Origin: Selaginella moellendorffii
Lineage: Eukaryota; Plantae; Lycopodiophyta
Length of the DNA: 64,000 bases
Direction: 5' to 3'
Assembly: GCF_000143415.4 (NCBI RefSeq)
Contig: NW_003314279.1
Span: 1,164,091 to 1,228,090 of the forward strand
Part shown: in pieces, positions 46,980 to 61,731 of the stretch
Numbering within the stretch: the stretch's first letter is position 1
Layout: each line of letters opens with the position of its first letter
Notes under the pieces: model-generated
Seen by the model: only the letters and a program-made list of their open reading frames with translations
The model's database searches: none
Told to the model about the DNA's origin: nothing
Program-made: the position numbers and the translations under genes

Positions 46980-49900
46980 AAACGGATCTCTCCAACCCGA
47001 CCCGGCAAGAACAACAGTGGCACAAGAATATACACTAGCAGCAGCAGCGAAGAACCGAAACCTCCAGCGGTTACAAAGCCGAAGCTTGTTTGATCCGATC
47101 CATCCCTGCTGCTGTGCCACTGTTTCTACCGATGATCGATCGATCGGCCGGCTCTCACCTCTCTCGCCACCACCACCATCACCACCACAAAGATTTTAAA
47201 CCGTGGCAATAAAGTCCCACACTCTCTAACGCTCTATTTATAATCAGGTCCGGTCCCCTCTCACCACACCACACCAGCGAGGAGGAGCGAAGAGTGACTC
47301 TAGTGTCGCAGCAGTGGAAAAGAAAAATGGTGAAAGAAAGAAGAAATCCGGATGTGTGCCTCAAAAGTCAAGGCTTTGCATGGCATGGCACTTCAGCCAC
47401 CTTGAATGCTTTGAAAGAAACGTGGTGACTCTTCCAAGCATTGTTCTCATTTAATACTTCCACTCCAGCAGGAAAATAAGAGCTAGGAGATCTCAGCTTT
47501 GACTCTCTCACACTCTCTTCCTCTCGAGCATCTGCAAATGCCCGAGAGTGGAAGTAAAACAAAGGAACTCGGGTAAAAGAGAAAGGAAGATAAAGATCTA
47601 CGATGAGGAGGGAGGTCTCCCTGCTGTCGAGCTGCAGGAGTGGCCAGGAGGAGGCAATTCAATGCATACATTTTTTCAAACTCAATCAATCTTCATTCAT
47701 GGGGAGCAAGGACTCGGCCCAAGAGCATTTGAGCAGGAAGGAAGAGAATAGAGGAAAAAAGAAAACCAAAAAAGGAAGAAGAAGAGAGTCACAAGACGAA
47801 GAACAAGTCACTCGATCGATGCATGAGGGAATGGAAGAGAAAGTCGAGCTCCGGTCGGGAAGGAAGAGGAAAGAAAGGAAGAGAGAAAGAAAGAGATGGA
47901 AACTGTAGCTATCACAAGAAATTTGATCCTCCCCCTGGCAGTGATTAGTAACTAAGATCTCTATGCTGCCTCCTGTAAGGTCTTTGAGAAACAAATGGTG
48001 ACATATGACTTGCCACCTATATAAACAAAAATACCGAAAAAAAAAAAGAAAGGAAAATCCCAAGAAAATTGCTAAATAGTAACAATGAACAGCCAGGGAG
48101 CCAAGTAATGCCACACAACTCACAACTTCCCTGTGCAACTGTACTAAATGCTCTAGTGCAGGACAACCAGGAGGCATTTGCAGCAGCAGCCAGCCAATGC
48201 ACAAGAATTTGTCATTTTGGCAAAAATAAAAGTGAAAAACTGGCCTCTAAAGTCAACTGTAGTGTGAAGTGAAGAAGAGAGTGAAGGAGGGTATATGTGT
48301 GTGGATCTATCATCTTGTATAGCTCTCAGTGACAGTACGAGGCAGACCAACAAGAACACACCCTCCCCAAGAGTACTGCGTGTGTATATTTGTACGCCTT
48401 TCATTTTCGGCATAGGTACAAGGATAGACCAGCAGGAGCAGCAGAAGCAGAAGCCAGAGAAAAAAAAGGAGAAAGAAAAAGGAAAGGCGGCATTCGGAAG
48501 TTAATTCCCACACGACTACACAATGAAAACCTGTGCTCAGTACACAAGAAATACTAGGCAGGAAACGATGCGAAAATGAGCAAAGCGTGAGCATCTGCCG
48601 CTGCTGCTGCGACTGTTTTGCCGCTGCTGTGCCTCACAAACACAAACAAACTATTTGTTTGTTCCTGTTAGAGCGCGCACAGTGACTCTCTCTCAATTGC
48701 TCTCACGCTCACACGCTCAGCAACAGTCGTCCAGAGAGGTGGAATTCAATGCAATTGTGCAGTGGTGAAAGCACTCGCTCTTAACACAACACACACACAC
48801 ACATACATTCACACTCTTTGTGATGAGGTTTTGGCAAGCTCTCTCTGCCGCTATCACCCAACAAAAGAAAAAGGACTGGTGTGGTAATGATATGAAGAAA
48901 GAAGCCGTTTGCAGTGGAAAGATGCGTGCTTCCGGCCTGAATTCCTGCTGCTGGCTCGAATAGAGGCCTTGGCTACAAAGAGGCTTGAGGCAAATTGTAT
49001 GACAAAGGTTTGTGTGAAGCTTGTGTGTGTGCTTCTGTTGCAAACGGGGGAGCACAAACGGGGGGTGACAAGGACTTTGCACTGTCCAGAGCGGGGCGAT
49101 GACGACTGTTTGGATGCATTGGATTGGATTAGAGTATCATCACTCTCGTGGACAAGGAAAACAACTGTACCCACACACACACACAAGTCTAGACTGGCAG
49201 TGAGTGATTGATGAGATGATATGCTTCTCACTAGACGATTGCTCGTTTTCGCTCGCTTGAAGCTTACGGGAGTGGTGTAGAGTTAATGGTCGGGGAAAAA
49301 CATGCTGGGATTCTGTCAAGTGAAGAGCAGGCAAGAAGAACCACTCGAGCTTGTGATCAGCAATTATGCAGGAAGAGAGAGGAAGGAAAGAAAGAAAGAA
49401 AGCGCAAGCAGGCAATCGCCATCGCGGTACCAAAGAGGAGGGACTGTGAGAGAATTAACCTGTTACCTTTAAGTGATCGCCAAGAGGATCTGATATGCGA
49501 TCTTTCGTCCATTTTAAAAATGGAGAAAAGGAAAAATTTCACCTTGTTCTTTCCTTGCTGACGTCCTTGTTGCGAGCATCCATTGTCAAGACCTACACAT
49601 TCCGCACATATGCCTGTGTGAGAAGGAAAGAAAGAAAGAAAAACAAGCAAACAAACAAAAACACGAAGAAAGAGCAAAGAAAACGATCGATATGAATGCG
49701 CCTGCTCGATTGAGATGGGAGAAATTTGCATCGCGCCATACCAATCAGCAACCAGCTTGCAGTGACAGCAACACACAAATTCAAGATCCAAATTCAATGC
49801 AATGAGATTAGAAAAAATTGCCCGTTCCTCCAAGAGCGACCCGAAAGAGAGAGAGCCAAAATCAAAACCATGAAAATCCAACAAAATCAGGACCTATATA

Positions 49901-52900
49901 TGCATACACACATTATGAGGCGCAAATTCAAAGACTTTCACAAGAACCCAAGATCTGGAGACACCGAAAGCACAAGAATTCCCCCACCACCCAGACAATT
50001 ACTTACAATTCGCTGCCTGCCCAAGCAACAAAGAAAGGATGAAACCAGCATAATGACTAGCTACCCATGCGAATATTCCCCTGCAAGCTTTCACAGACAC
50101 CCATGTTGGCAAAGGCATCCGGGCTGCATTCATTCCCACCAAAAAATCCACACCCTTTGTTCTACACACAAAAAGGATGGAAACAAAAGCCTCACCTATA
50201 TATGTGTGATCATAGACTTTCTTGCACTTGGGAGGGGGTGATTTGAATGGATTTTGCTTTATCTTACATCTATGGTACCTTGTTCCATAATAACACACCA
50301 ATAGAAGGAGGAATTCAGTACTTCAGATTCAGAAAGAGGAAGAGGAATCTGGAAAGGAATCGATCAGCCCCTGTGTGGATTCAAGAAGAGGAACAAACCC
50401 AAAAGAAAAAGGATCTTAAAACGCATGCTCAATCAAGCCCCATGCTGCACAGCTTTTATAGCCCTCGTTCTCCCATTCATTCACCCCGCAAGACACACAC
50501 ACTTTCCATCTTCCGAGGAAAATCAAACTTTTAGTCCCCCCAGAAAAATGGCGCATAAAAAACAATCCGAATATGCCGAATTCGAATTTTTGAAAATCCT
50601 GTTTGTTGGAAGTCGAGAATAGATCCACCCAGCAGCTTCAAAGGGAATTCTCGATGGAATTGTGACTGATTGACTTTAAATGTACACACCAATCACCAAT
50701 GTATCATAGATAAACAATACTTGCTTGATAACTCATGTGTTCCAAGATGCCAAACTAGGTATAATTATGCAGTTTTAAGGTTTAAGCCACCACAAGCCAA
50801 GCCAGGGAGATGAAATGAGTGAAGCCAATTGCCAGGTATCAAAAGGAATGATGCTAGTTCTTTTCTTTCTGATCTGATGTTTTTCTTCCTTGCTCTTGAG
50901 CTTTTTTATTCCTGTGACTTATTCTCCAGTACAACACAGAAATGCAGATTGTCAGAATGATCATTCAAAATCAAACAGTTAGACAAAGTCACAGAAAAAC
51001 AAACACTGTACATTTTGTCTCCATGATTGCGAGCCTTGGACAAGCCACCACTTTTTCCCCTCTTTTTGTTTGGCCACCTTTTCTTCACACACCCATTTTG
51101 CAAAAGTCACTCACCATCCATTAGCTAGATGATCAGGCGAGGTTCAGGAGTAATAAAGACAAGCTAAACAAACATTATGCTATATAATTTTGTTCCAGAT
51201 CTCGAAGTTTCGAGCTCAAGCATGCACAAGCGAATGATTGCTGTGGTAAAGCTTCGCTCAACACTGTATATACAAGCATAAACCTTGACTTTCAAAGAGC
51301 ATGTAGAGATACAATATGCTGCGTACGTCTGTACTCCATCCCGTGATCTACACACCAAAATAACTGGAGAGAAAACAAAGAAATTATGTAAAACTTAGGT
51401 GAAGCCCCCCAGCTATTGTTGTTGGGAACTGGAATACATTTGTATACAAGATAATCTAAGCGAGGGAAATTGGTCCCAGCGGCACGCCTCCATTCATTCA
51501 TGCGCAAACCTTTCTTTTCGCGCGGCTCAATGTTGATGGTCGCGGTCTCCTTTTGTGATCCAGTTACGAAGATCCAAGCAGTACGCGACGACTATAACTT
51601 GCTATTGCGTTTGAATACTTCGATTTCGTGTAGTTGCAGGTGTATATATATATATATTAGTATAGAATCACCGCTCTGGGATCAAGGCGAGGAATGGATG
51701 GATCCCATCCCACTCAAAGAAACGACACAGTTTAATGCGAAAGTTCTTGAGGGCTGGCCATGGAGTATATCAGGAAAACCAGCTTCGATTTGTGATAATC
51801 ACTTTGGAGGCAGCGCCATGTTTTTGAATGATCGATATCAGGACAAGGCATGCTAGTAAATTAGTGAGTCAACTGCCTATACGACCTCTACATAGAATTA
51901 AAATACTCCGAACATCGAGAGAACGAGAGCGAATGGAAGTTGGCGGTCATATATGCGAGCATGTCAAGCCAGCCATTTGACGAAAGACATTTCTCCGTGT
52001 AATCATCCTGGTTCTCACGAAAAGCGCGCTTGGATCGATCTCTTGTCTTTGGGACGGAGACTTCAAAAGATTGACACCTCGCGCAAGGAAGTGGTATTTC
52101 GTGACATCGTACCTGGAGCAAGAGTCTTCCATCGTCTTGACGAAAAAGGGGCGTGCGTTTTGCGCGCTTGCTTTTGCCGCAACTGGGCATTTGCTGCATG
52201 GGGAGAGAATCTATGGGAGATGGGGATCACATGAATGGCATGGGGGTGGCGCATGCCTTTCCTTGGGGGATCGGTCGGTGTTCTCCACGGTACAATTCGG
52301 CGTGCGTGGAAATTCCGGGGGTGGAGATCATGATGATCATGGTGGCATGCGCCACATGCCACATACATCATGCTATAGAACTTATCTAGCTTGTGCTTGT
52401 CTTCCTTTTTGCCCCCTCATGGTAGAAACTCTTAGAGTAGCTCTCTCTGCAAATCTTCATAGAAAGATGCTAAACAATTATAATAACACGGAGGTCAGCT
52501 ATAAGCTTACATTTTTACCTTAGCTTGCATTGCAATGCAAGCACAAAATGTACCATTCATTAAACTTTCGAGAAATTCCGAGGCTGCCTTAATGGATTCC
52601 TTCGTGGATTCATGATTCCCGAGAGAGGGTGAAAACTTAGAAAAAAGTAAAGAATCCGAGATGGTTGTTTCGACACCCGGGTAAATCATCATGACGGCCT
52701 TGACCTCGCGTGGAGGGAAGGGGTAAGAAAGTTTTTGGTGTGTGTTGATAACTATAGCTTGTGTTGTTAGCTTCCAAAACGATCTTGGGATTTCACGGGT
52801 CAACACATAGTTTAACTAGGTCCAATCCAAGCGTGCATGGAAATGGTACCATGGCTTGTTTAAACATATTCACACATCCGGCATTACAAATCATGCCATC

Positions 52901-53607
52901 CTTCGAGCACTGTGACCATTTCTTTGCGAACATTCCCCCCTGGCGCGCGAGGATTAATTTTACTTCTCCCAGATATAGCTCACTACACCCAGTGTCATGC
53001 GCGCGGCCTCAAATCCTCCAAGAGTTTCTTACTCGAATTTAGTCAACCCCGCTTCAATCTTGTCGCCCATGCCTTAAAACATTAAAATCTTCTCGCGTAA
53101 CGCTCGATTGGTGATCGCCTTCGACACAGCTGGTTTGCAGCAATTCAAAGGTCTCTTTCTAGCCCGGAAGTTGACATTTTGAGAAAAGATGATAGAATAC
53201 GATTTAGTCCGCGGGGGAGAAAAAAAGAAAAGAATAGCTTAAACATTACCTTCTTTCACCTTCCATTGCAACCACGCCGCCCGGTCTCCCAGAGTGATAG
53301 CCTAGTCCCCACTCGCATGATGAACATCGCGTTCCTTTCAAGAATGGATTCTAAGCTGGCCAGATTTACTCAAAGCCTGCAAAGCACGTCAGCTGGAAAG
53401 AGCACATTCGCGCGATTGCTACTTGTTTAAGCAACTTAGTCAAGAGCTAAACATACGGAGCCGGAAAACTTGGCCATGACAATCTAGCAAAGTCCAATGG
53501 AAAAAAAGACGAAGAAGAAAAATAAGAATTTGCCTTTGAAAATGGAAAGTCCAAGACGTCAAGCTCGACTCGAGGAACACGCGGGATCAGGGAAGACATG
53601 GCTAGCT

Positions 53608-53702
53608 ATCTATGTGATATTGGCACGGCTCAAGCTGGCAGCATCACTAATTAGCTCGAGTAGCATTGCAGCCTGATTGAGCCTTGTCAATATCACAGAC
53701 AC
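53608..53702 (-). ncRNA. MIR171: Second MIR171 precursor hairpin; mature approx. UUGAGCCGUGCCAAUAUCACA(U) at 53612-53633
   Basis: Inverted repeat TGTGATATTGGCACGGCTCAA ... TTGAGCCTTGTCAATATCACA; canonical miR171 on the 3' arm of the minus strand. Confidence 0.92.
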
Positions 53703-55942
53703 ACTCACAATTTAGCAACAAAACCTTCGAGATTTCTCCTGGAAAAACCTCAAGCCTTCTTTGATCAGCGATTGCAAGCTCTCCAAGCCTATTCTCGCAA
53801 GCAAAACTTCCCATCAACACATGCCATGCATCACAATCCTTCCTATATGCAGTGCCACGCACGAACGGAGCACCAAAAACCCTGCCAAGAAAGAAACTCG
53901 CGACACTTGATTCTACTTCTAGGCCGGATCCACACGACAGGTTTAGCGATCAAGGCCGGGGCCTATTGCGACACTGACACTGTGGAATCCGAAGAAATTC
54001 GGCTCGACACACTGCAATTCGGCCTCCTAAATCGCTCGCCGCGGAGGATACCGCGATATTACGTACCTCGGGGGCGATTCCAGCTCCAAGACGAAGGATT
54101 TGCGGTGCGCGGCGCCGAAAATGGCGAGAACGCGAGCGAAATCTTTTCCGCCGATCTCGACGCGGCGCGCATCTATGGCGCCATCCATCTGCCCCGGCGC
54201 CTGGGAGATCAAGAACAAGAACTGTGCGCCCGGGTGGGCGAGGCGAGCGTGTAGGCGCACCATCTCCCTCCCTCCCTCGCATCCACAAAAAGAACAAGAA
54301 AGCTATACTCTGGATGGAGTGACCGCGGTTACAAGACCTAACCGCGGTTGAGTCGCTTGGCATGAATATGGCCACAGTGTGGAAATGATGACCCGCCGTC
54401 CCGCTGGCCGGGCATTTTCCAGCGTGGCTGAGCCACGTCAGCGGAATCTAGCCGTCAATGACGTGAGTTGGCGTCAACAAGCTGCAAATCGAACGTCGAT
54501 TTCATGAGTGAAGCGAAGTTTGTCATATCGTGGACCACACTGGGGAGGGAGTGTTAGTGCTAAGCAGTGTGTATTTAGTTTAAGTGCGATTAATCTAATC
54601 TAATGCACCGTCCATGGCGTGAGCGTCTGAACACAAGGAAGGCCAAAAGAGAGTGAAGGACTGTCCACTTTCTGCAGTGTAAACTTTGTACTTATGACAT
54701 TCCAGAGGAATCTCCTTGTAAAGTTCTCGACAAAATAGATCACTCCTTCCTCCTCAATTTGCTGCCACTGCCATTCTTCTTTGCATCGTACAGGAAAAGC
54801 GAGCAAAGACCAATTTGCCCCAATGCGGACTGACCGACAGTTTTTTCTCTTTCTCTTGGTTAAGTTCCTCTGTGGCATCTGATGTGAGGCTTTTCCGTCC
54901 CGTTTAGATTGAGTAGGATGAACAGCTTGGTGTGAAATTGTATGGTTTTAATATTTTAAAAAAATGTACTCTTATTCTAGGACTGCCTGGACAAACTATC
55001 TTAGATTCATTAATAGGAACTTTTGTTACTGGGATCAAGCTTTTCTATGACATTCTAGTGAAGAATCAACACAAACAGTACTTCCACATTTTGACAACAA
55101 ATATGGAGACATTGAATTTCATTATCAAGATGATCATTTTAATTATAAAATATTTAAATTTTAAATGAAATAATGAGGGGTTTTCTCTTTACTTCTCATA
55201 CATATTTTAATATATTAAAAAAAATTTACACAAGGCCAAAGAAAGAAAATATCATACTACCCTTCAAATACTGCGATTCTTCCTTATTTCTCCAGAGTCA
55301 AAGGCTAGAGTAAAACGAAAGTCTTCTTTGCCCTAATATTGTGCTCCTAACAAGCAATGACAAAGTGTTGTCTCGGTTTCCAATTCTTGTCATCATACCA
55401 CCTGTTTGACAGCTTCCCTTTTCCTGTGAGCTTGTCTAGCTCTCAAAGAACCACACACCCAGAAGGTTATACCTGATGAAGAAAATCCTCAAAACTCCAA
55501 TGTCACGGTCGTACTCCTTGTAAATGTAACCATTGTGGGGACCAACAAAGTGCTTGTGACAAGACCAGGCCATACTGTAGGCATATTGCGCGTTATTGAG
55601 GATGAAGGCTCCAGGCAGGCACGGAGCCATCGAACTTGGGACAGTTGTGTATCAATAAAGGGCACTGCTGACTTCCAATTGAATATATCACTTCATCACC
55701 TTCTTGATTCTAAACGAGAACCAACTTGGAGGAACATTGTACGTATCATGGATCCTTTGTATCATGTCAAGAGCATGAGAAGATGGAGGTAATGTATTTC
55801 CATGTTGTATAAGTACAATCCCTCGCTTGAGATCAAGCCACAAACCAAGGGAGAAATCAAAGTAGATCTTTGTCTCAATAATAATTTTAAAAACTAGCAT
55901 TAAACATTTATACTAAAGAATATACTTGATAGATCTTTCTAA

Positions 55943-56016
55943 ATTTGTTTCCAGCCAAAAACATTTGATTTTCATACTCGAAAGCCTTGGGATTTAAAAT
56001 TTGGTGATGTTTAAAC
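55943..56016. repeat. 74-bp dispersed direct repeat, copy A (copy B at 62099-62172)
   Basis: atttgtttccagccaaaaacatttgattttcatactcgaaagccttgggatttaaaattt versus atttatttctagctaaaaacattttattttcatactcaaaagttttgggatttaaaattt. Confidence 0.85.
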
Positions 56017-57335
56017 ATGAAGGAAGATGGATTAAAGTAAGTGTTTTCCTTTTTCCTAATAACTATTTTTTAAATAATAATAAAGTTTCCTATATTTGGA
56101 TCATTGATAATAAATCTTATTATTGCATGCAGTAAAATCCAGTTTTCATACCCATGCTGGTGAGACTTTAAAAGTTAGAATGTGTGTGATTTTGATGAAT
56201 TTTATGTTTTAATTGAGTTCTTTTACATAACAATAAGTGGTAACAAATTGAATTTAATAGTTTAAAGTTCACCAAGAGTCTATATTTTTGGTATGCTTTT
56301 AAGTATACCTAGATGGCTTTGAGAATATTTTATTTTGTGACTTTTTAATGGTCCAGATATTTTATAATTCATTTTCTGATATTACTTCTGAGAGAGAAAT
56401 AACTTCTTTATCTTTTCCAATAGCAACTACATAGCTTGTTTTATTTCTATTTTACTAAAGTGGCAACAATCTTTTACAAAGAGATTTTTTATAGCAGCTC
56501 TAAATGTTTTCCACTATTTTTTTATTTGAGTTATGTTTTACTATTGTATGATTGTTTTTATAATTAAAATTTTGATAATGGTAATAAAAAAAGTATTTGG
56601 ATGCCCAATAAAAAGCATAACTATAATGTAGTAGATGTCAATAGAGTATTTTTCATATTCTTGTTTTTTTTTTTTGTTTTCAGTTTTGATGGTTTGGATA
56701 AAAGTTAAAAGATAGAACTACCATTGTACGTTAATATCCTTAGTTAAAACGTATAATTGAGCAAGTTGTTAAGATCACATGGCCAATCAATAGCTTTTAT
56801 TTTATTAAGTTTGCACTCTTTGTCAACAATAAAATTCATAATACTTTATCCTTCTTAATATTATTAATGTAATAATAAACCAACAAACCAATAAAATTAC
56901 ACTGAACTTAACTCATGAATTCAACTCAACTTTAAACCATCCCTTTCCATAGAACCATTAGATTGCATATATTATATTTTTACTAACCTTTAAGCAAGAA
57001 TATTGTGTAGATGAACCTTATCAATCTGATGATCCATAAAATAATTTGGGGTCTAAACAAAACTTATTTATTCATATTTTTTAAAAATTATATTTGTTTA
57101 CTTTCTTTAATTTCTCGCTCTAAATATGGCTAGGATCAATTCCTTCAGCTATAATGCTGCAAAACATCCTCTTAAGATTACTAGAGAAAAACTTTGTCAA
57201 ACACAGTGATGCGTGGAACTCCGTGACAGAGACTCACATTGTTGAAAACAGAAGCATGAAAATGCTTCCAGTAGTGTTCAGTTTAAGAGCACATATACTT
57301 AGATATTCACTTAACCTTCACAAAGGAAAACACTA

Positions 57336-59393
57336 TCAATTCCAGCGACGGAAGAGCCTCTCCGCTTTCTCAAAACGCTCTGGCAACATCTGCTTGATCC
57401 ACTCCGCCTCTTCCTTGTTCGCACCGTGCATGGGATCAGGCACGGTAACCAGGATGCTCTGCAGCAGCTGCTTCACTTCAGTGGACAAGTAGTCATAGTT
57501 GTGCTGGATCCCGTAGCAGGTGACATGACTATGCATATCGGGAAGATCATCCCACAATATCCAGTTGGTTGAGTCCTGCATGCTGGGTTCCCTGAGCGAC
57601 ATTGCCACCGTGAGAACTGGTAAACCCTGTGCTACCTCCACTCTGGTGAACTCACACTTGACTTTGTCCACCGAAGCCTTCTCTAGCCACCCGGCCCTCT
57701 GCAAGTTCTTCACCGAGATGACGATGCACGTCATCGCCTGGGGTGTCCATACCGGAATGATCGCGTCAGCTCCTGGCAAGTTATTGTCGGCGCTGTACAT
57801 GATGGCGCAGCCACTCGCACAGCACTTCCCGAGCATGGCCTCGTCCGGAACAGTATTGACGGCTACAAAGGCGTTGAAGAAAACTAGACCGCCGGCTGGA
57901 AGGTTGCGCTCGAGCTCCCTGAAGGAGGCATGATCGGCCCGCCCATTGACTAGAAGCTTGCGGACGTAGTTAGCCACGGGAACCGGACGGAGGTAGTGCT
58001 CGTCCAAGTTGTCGTCTGCCAAGGCCCATGATGCCGCCACCAAAATGAACTTGGCAACGAACTCGCCCCTGGGGCCTGGGGTCACGTAGCCAGACATGCA
58101 TGCGCTCTCTACGTGCATTAGCGCCTTCTGCTTGACGATGTCGTCGCGCAGAAGCCCTGCTGCTGCTTCGGCAAGGATGGGTTCCACTGGAAGCCCCACG
58201 AATATCCGGCTTGGGTCTTTTGCCACCCGCAGCACCAAGTTCATATGCGACGCAGCCATTACTTCGGCAAGAGGCGAGCGAGCACATACTTGCAAACCTG
58301 CACAAGCCGTGAGCATTGCAATGGCTTGGCTCTCCGTCATCTCCCCTTCCGCAACATTCACCTGCGTGCCATGAAACTCGCCACGCACAACACCCACCAG
58401 CTTCTGCACTGCAAACTCCTGAAGCCTGGCTGTATCCTTTTCTACTGCAAGCCTCGCTGCCCACATAGGCCGGCCGTATGTCATCCAGGTGAACGGATTC
58501 ACATACTCCTCCTTCGTCTTCCCCGCCACAACTTTGTTGACGCTCAGGGTGGGGATGAAGTAGATCGGCGGAAGCAGCCCCAGTGCAAGCTTCAAAGCTC
58601 TTGCGCTGTCCTCTTCACTCCTCCTCGGGAGCAAATCTTTGCAGATCTTTGAAGCCGTGTCCAGCATGAGAGCAAAGAACCGCCTGTGGTTGAAAAACAC
58701 CCTGAGAGCTCTCCGGATTTGGTTGAAAGGAGCCTTTCCAAGCTCTGCGTCGTCCTGCAGTCCTCTGGCCTCGTCGAACACGAAGATCACACGGGGCCGA
58801 GAAGCCGAAGGCGGAAACATGCCATTGATTCTACTCACCGCATCTTCCAACATGGCAGCATTCGCCTTGTCTGGATCGTCTAACACCATCCACTCCTCCT
58901 CGTTAGGCTTGTCAAGGAGATCACTCCACACCTGGTGGACTCTCTTGGCCAGATTCTCACCGCCGGGAAGCTGCATGTCTTTCCACTGCTGGGCGGTGAC
59001 ACCTCGCTGGAGTTCCTCGTACAGGACAAGCAGCCAAGCTTTGAGATACAGCACCATCTCGATCTCGCTCGCTGCCTGCGAAAGCCTGTCCGCAAGGAGC
59101 TCCGTCCTGGGAGGAAATGCGGAGGAGCCCTTGGCTGCCAGGCTGCAGTAGCAGATATACACCCCCAGGCACGCCATTTCCAACACCGCCCTCGTTTTGC
59201 CAAAGCCCGACGTTTGAACAAACGCAGCATACACGCTGTAGTGGAGGGCTTGCCGGACCTTTCGACGGAGCTCACGCACCCGGCGGTAGAGCTCTTCGTG
59301 CGCATGGCCCTGGTAAGGAACACTGAAGCACTGTGCTGCAAGCCGCGACTCGGCATGCCCCAGCAGCTCATCCAGCGCCCGGATCTCCGTCAT
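57336..59393 (-). CDS. Intronless P-loop NTPase plus restriction-endonuclease-fold protein of the Crinkler/RHS (CR) effector type
   Basis: Walker A VQTSGFGKTR; FPPRT; Walker B VIFVFDEA; YGRPMW; EPILAEAA; GPRGEFVA; PGADAIIPV...ISVKN. Telo-box AAACCCTAA at 59402-59410, just upstream. Confidence 0.72.
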   Translation of the reverse strand: MTEIRALDELLGHAESRLAAQCFSVPYQGHAHEELYRRVRELRRKVRQALHYSVYAAFVQTSGFGKTRAVLEMACLGVYICYCSLAAKGSSAFPPRTELLADRLSQAASEIEMVLYLKAWLLVLYEELQRGVTAQQWKDMQLPGGENLAKRVHQVWSDLLDKPNEEEWMVLDDPDKANAAMLEDAVSRINGMFPPSASRPRVIFVFDEARGLQDDAELGKAPFNQIRRALRVFFNHRRFFALMLDTASKICKDLLPRRSEEDSARALKLALGLLPPIYFIPTLSVNKVVAGKTKEEYVNPFTWMTYGRPMWAARLAVEKDTARLQEFAVQKLVGVVRGEFHGTQVNVAEGEMTESQAIAMLTACAGLQVCARSPLAEVMAASHMNLVLRVAKDPSRIFVGLPVEPILAEAAAGLLRDDIVKQKALMHVESACMSGYVTPGPRGEFVAKFILVAASWALADDNLDEHYLRPVPVANYVRKLLVNGRADHASFRELERNLPAGGLVFFNAFVAVNTVPDEAMLGKCCASGCAIMYSADNNLPGADAIIPVWTPQAMTCIVISVKNLQRAGWLEKASVDKVKCEFTRVEVAQGLPVLTVAMSLREPSMQDSTNWILWDDLPDMHSHVTCYGIQHNYDYLSTEVKQLLQSILVTVPDPMHGANKEEAEWIKQMLPERFEKAERLFRRWN

Positions 59394-59671
59394 TAATCTC
59401 TAAACCCTAATCAAAATCAGCTTTACTGGATCATCTGTGTTTAAACATCTTTTATGCAAAATAACTGCTTTTCTTGTCTACCTTTTAAGTCAACGGTCGG
59501 ATATTCAACGCATCCGAAACTCCTCACAAAAACAGACAACTCTAATCTTTCCAATGCCTGACTGTACTGTCTTTTCCGTCCTCTAGCTCTTCCGTGAAGA
59601 AATTTGGTTGCCGAGCGAAGTTAAATAAGTCCTGTCAATTGTTTCCTCGTTCTTCGTTCAAACTTCTCGCT

Positions 59672-61731
<2,060 letters not shown>

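Noticed and set aside
48268-48335. miR156/529-like GAAGAAGAGAGTGA
   Set aside because: Incomplete match and no complementary arm.
47300-54900. Numerous short ORFs between and around the MIR171 loci
   Set aside because: Low complexity, no recognisable domains or consistent exon structure; miPEPs cannot be assessed from sequence alone.
55300-55900. Possible retroelement coding remnant
   Set aside because: Too degraded to assign by eye.
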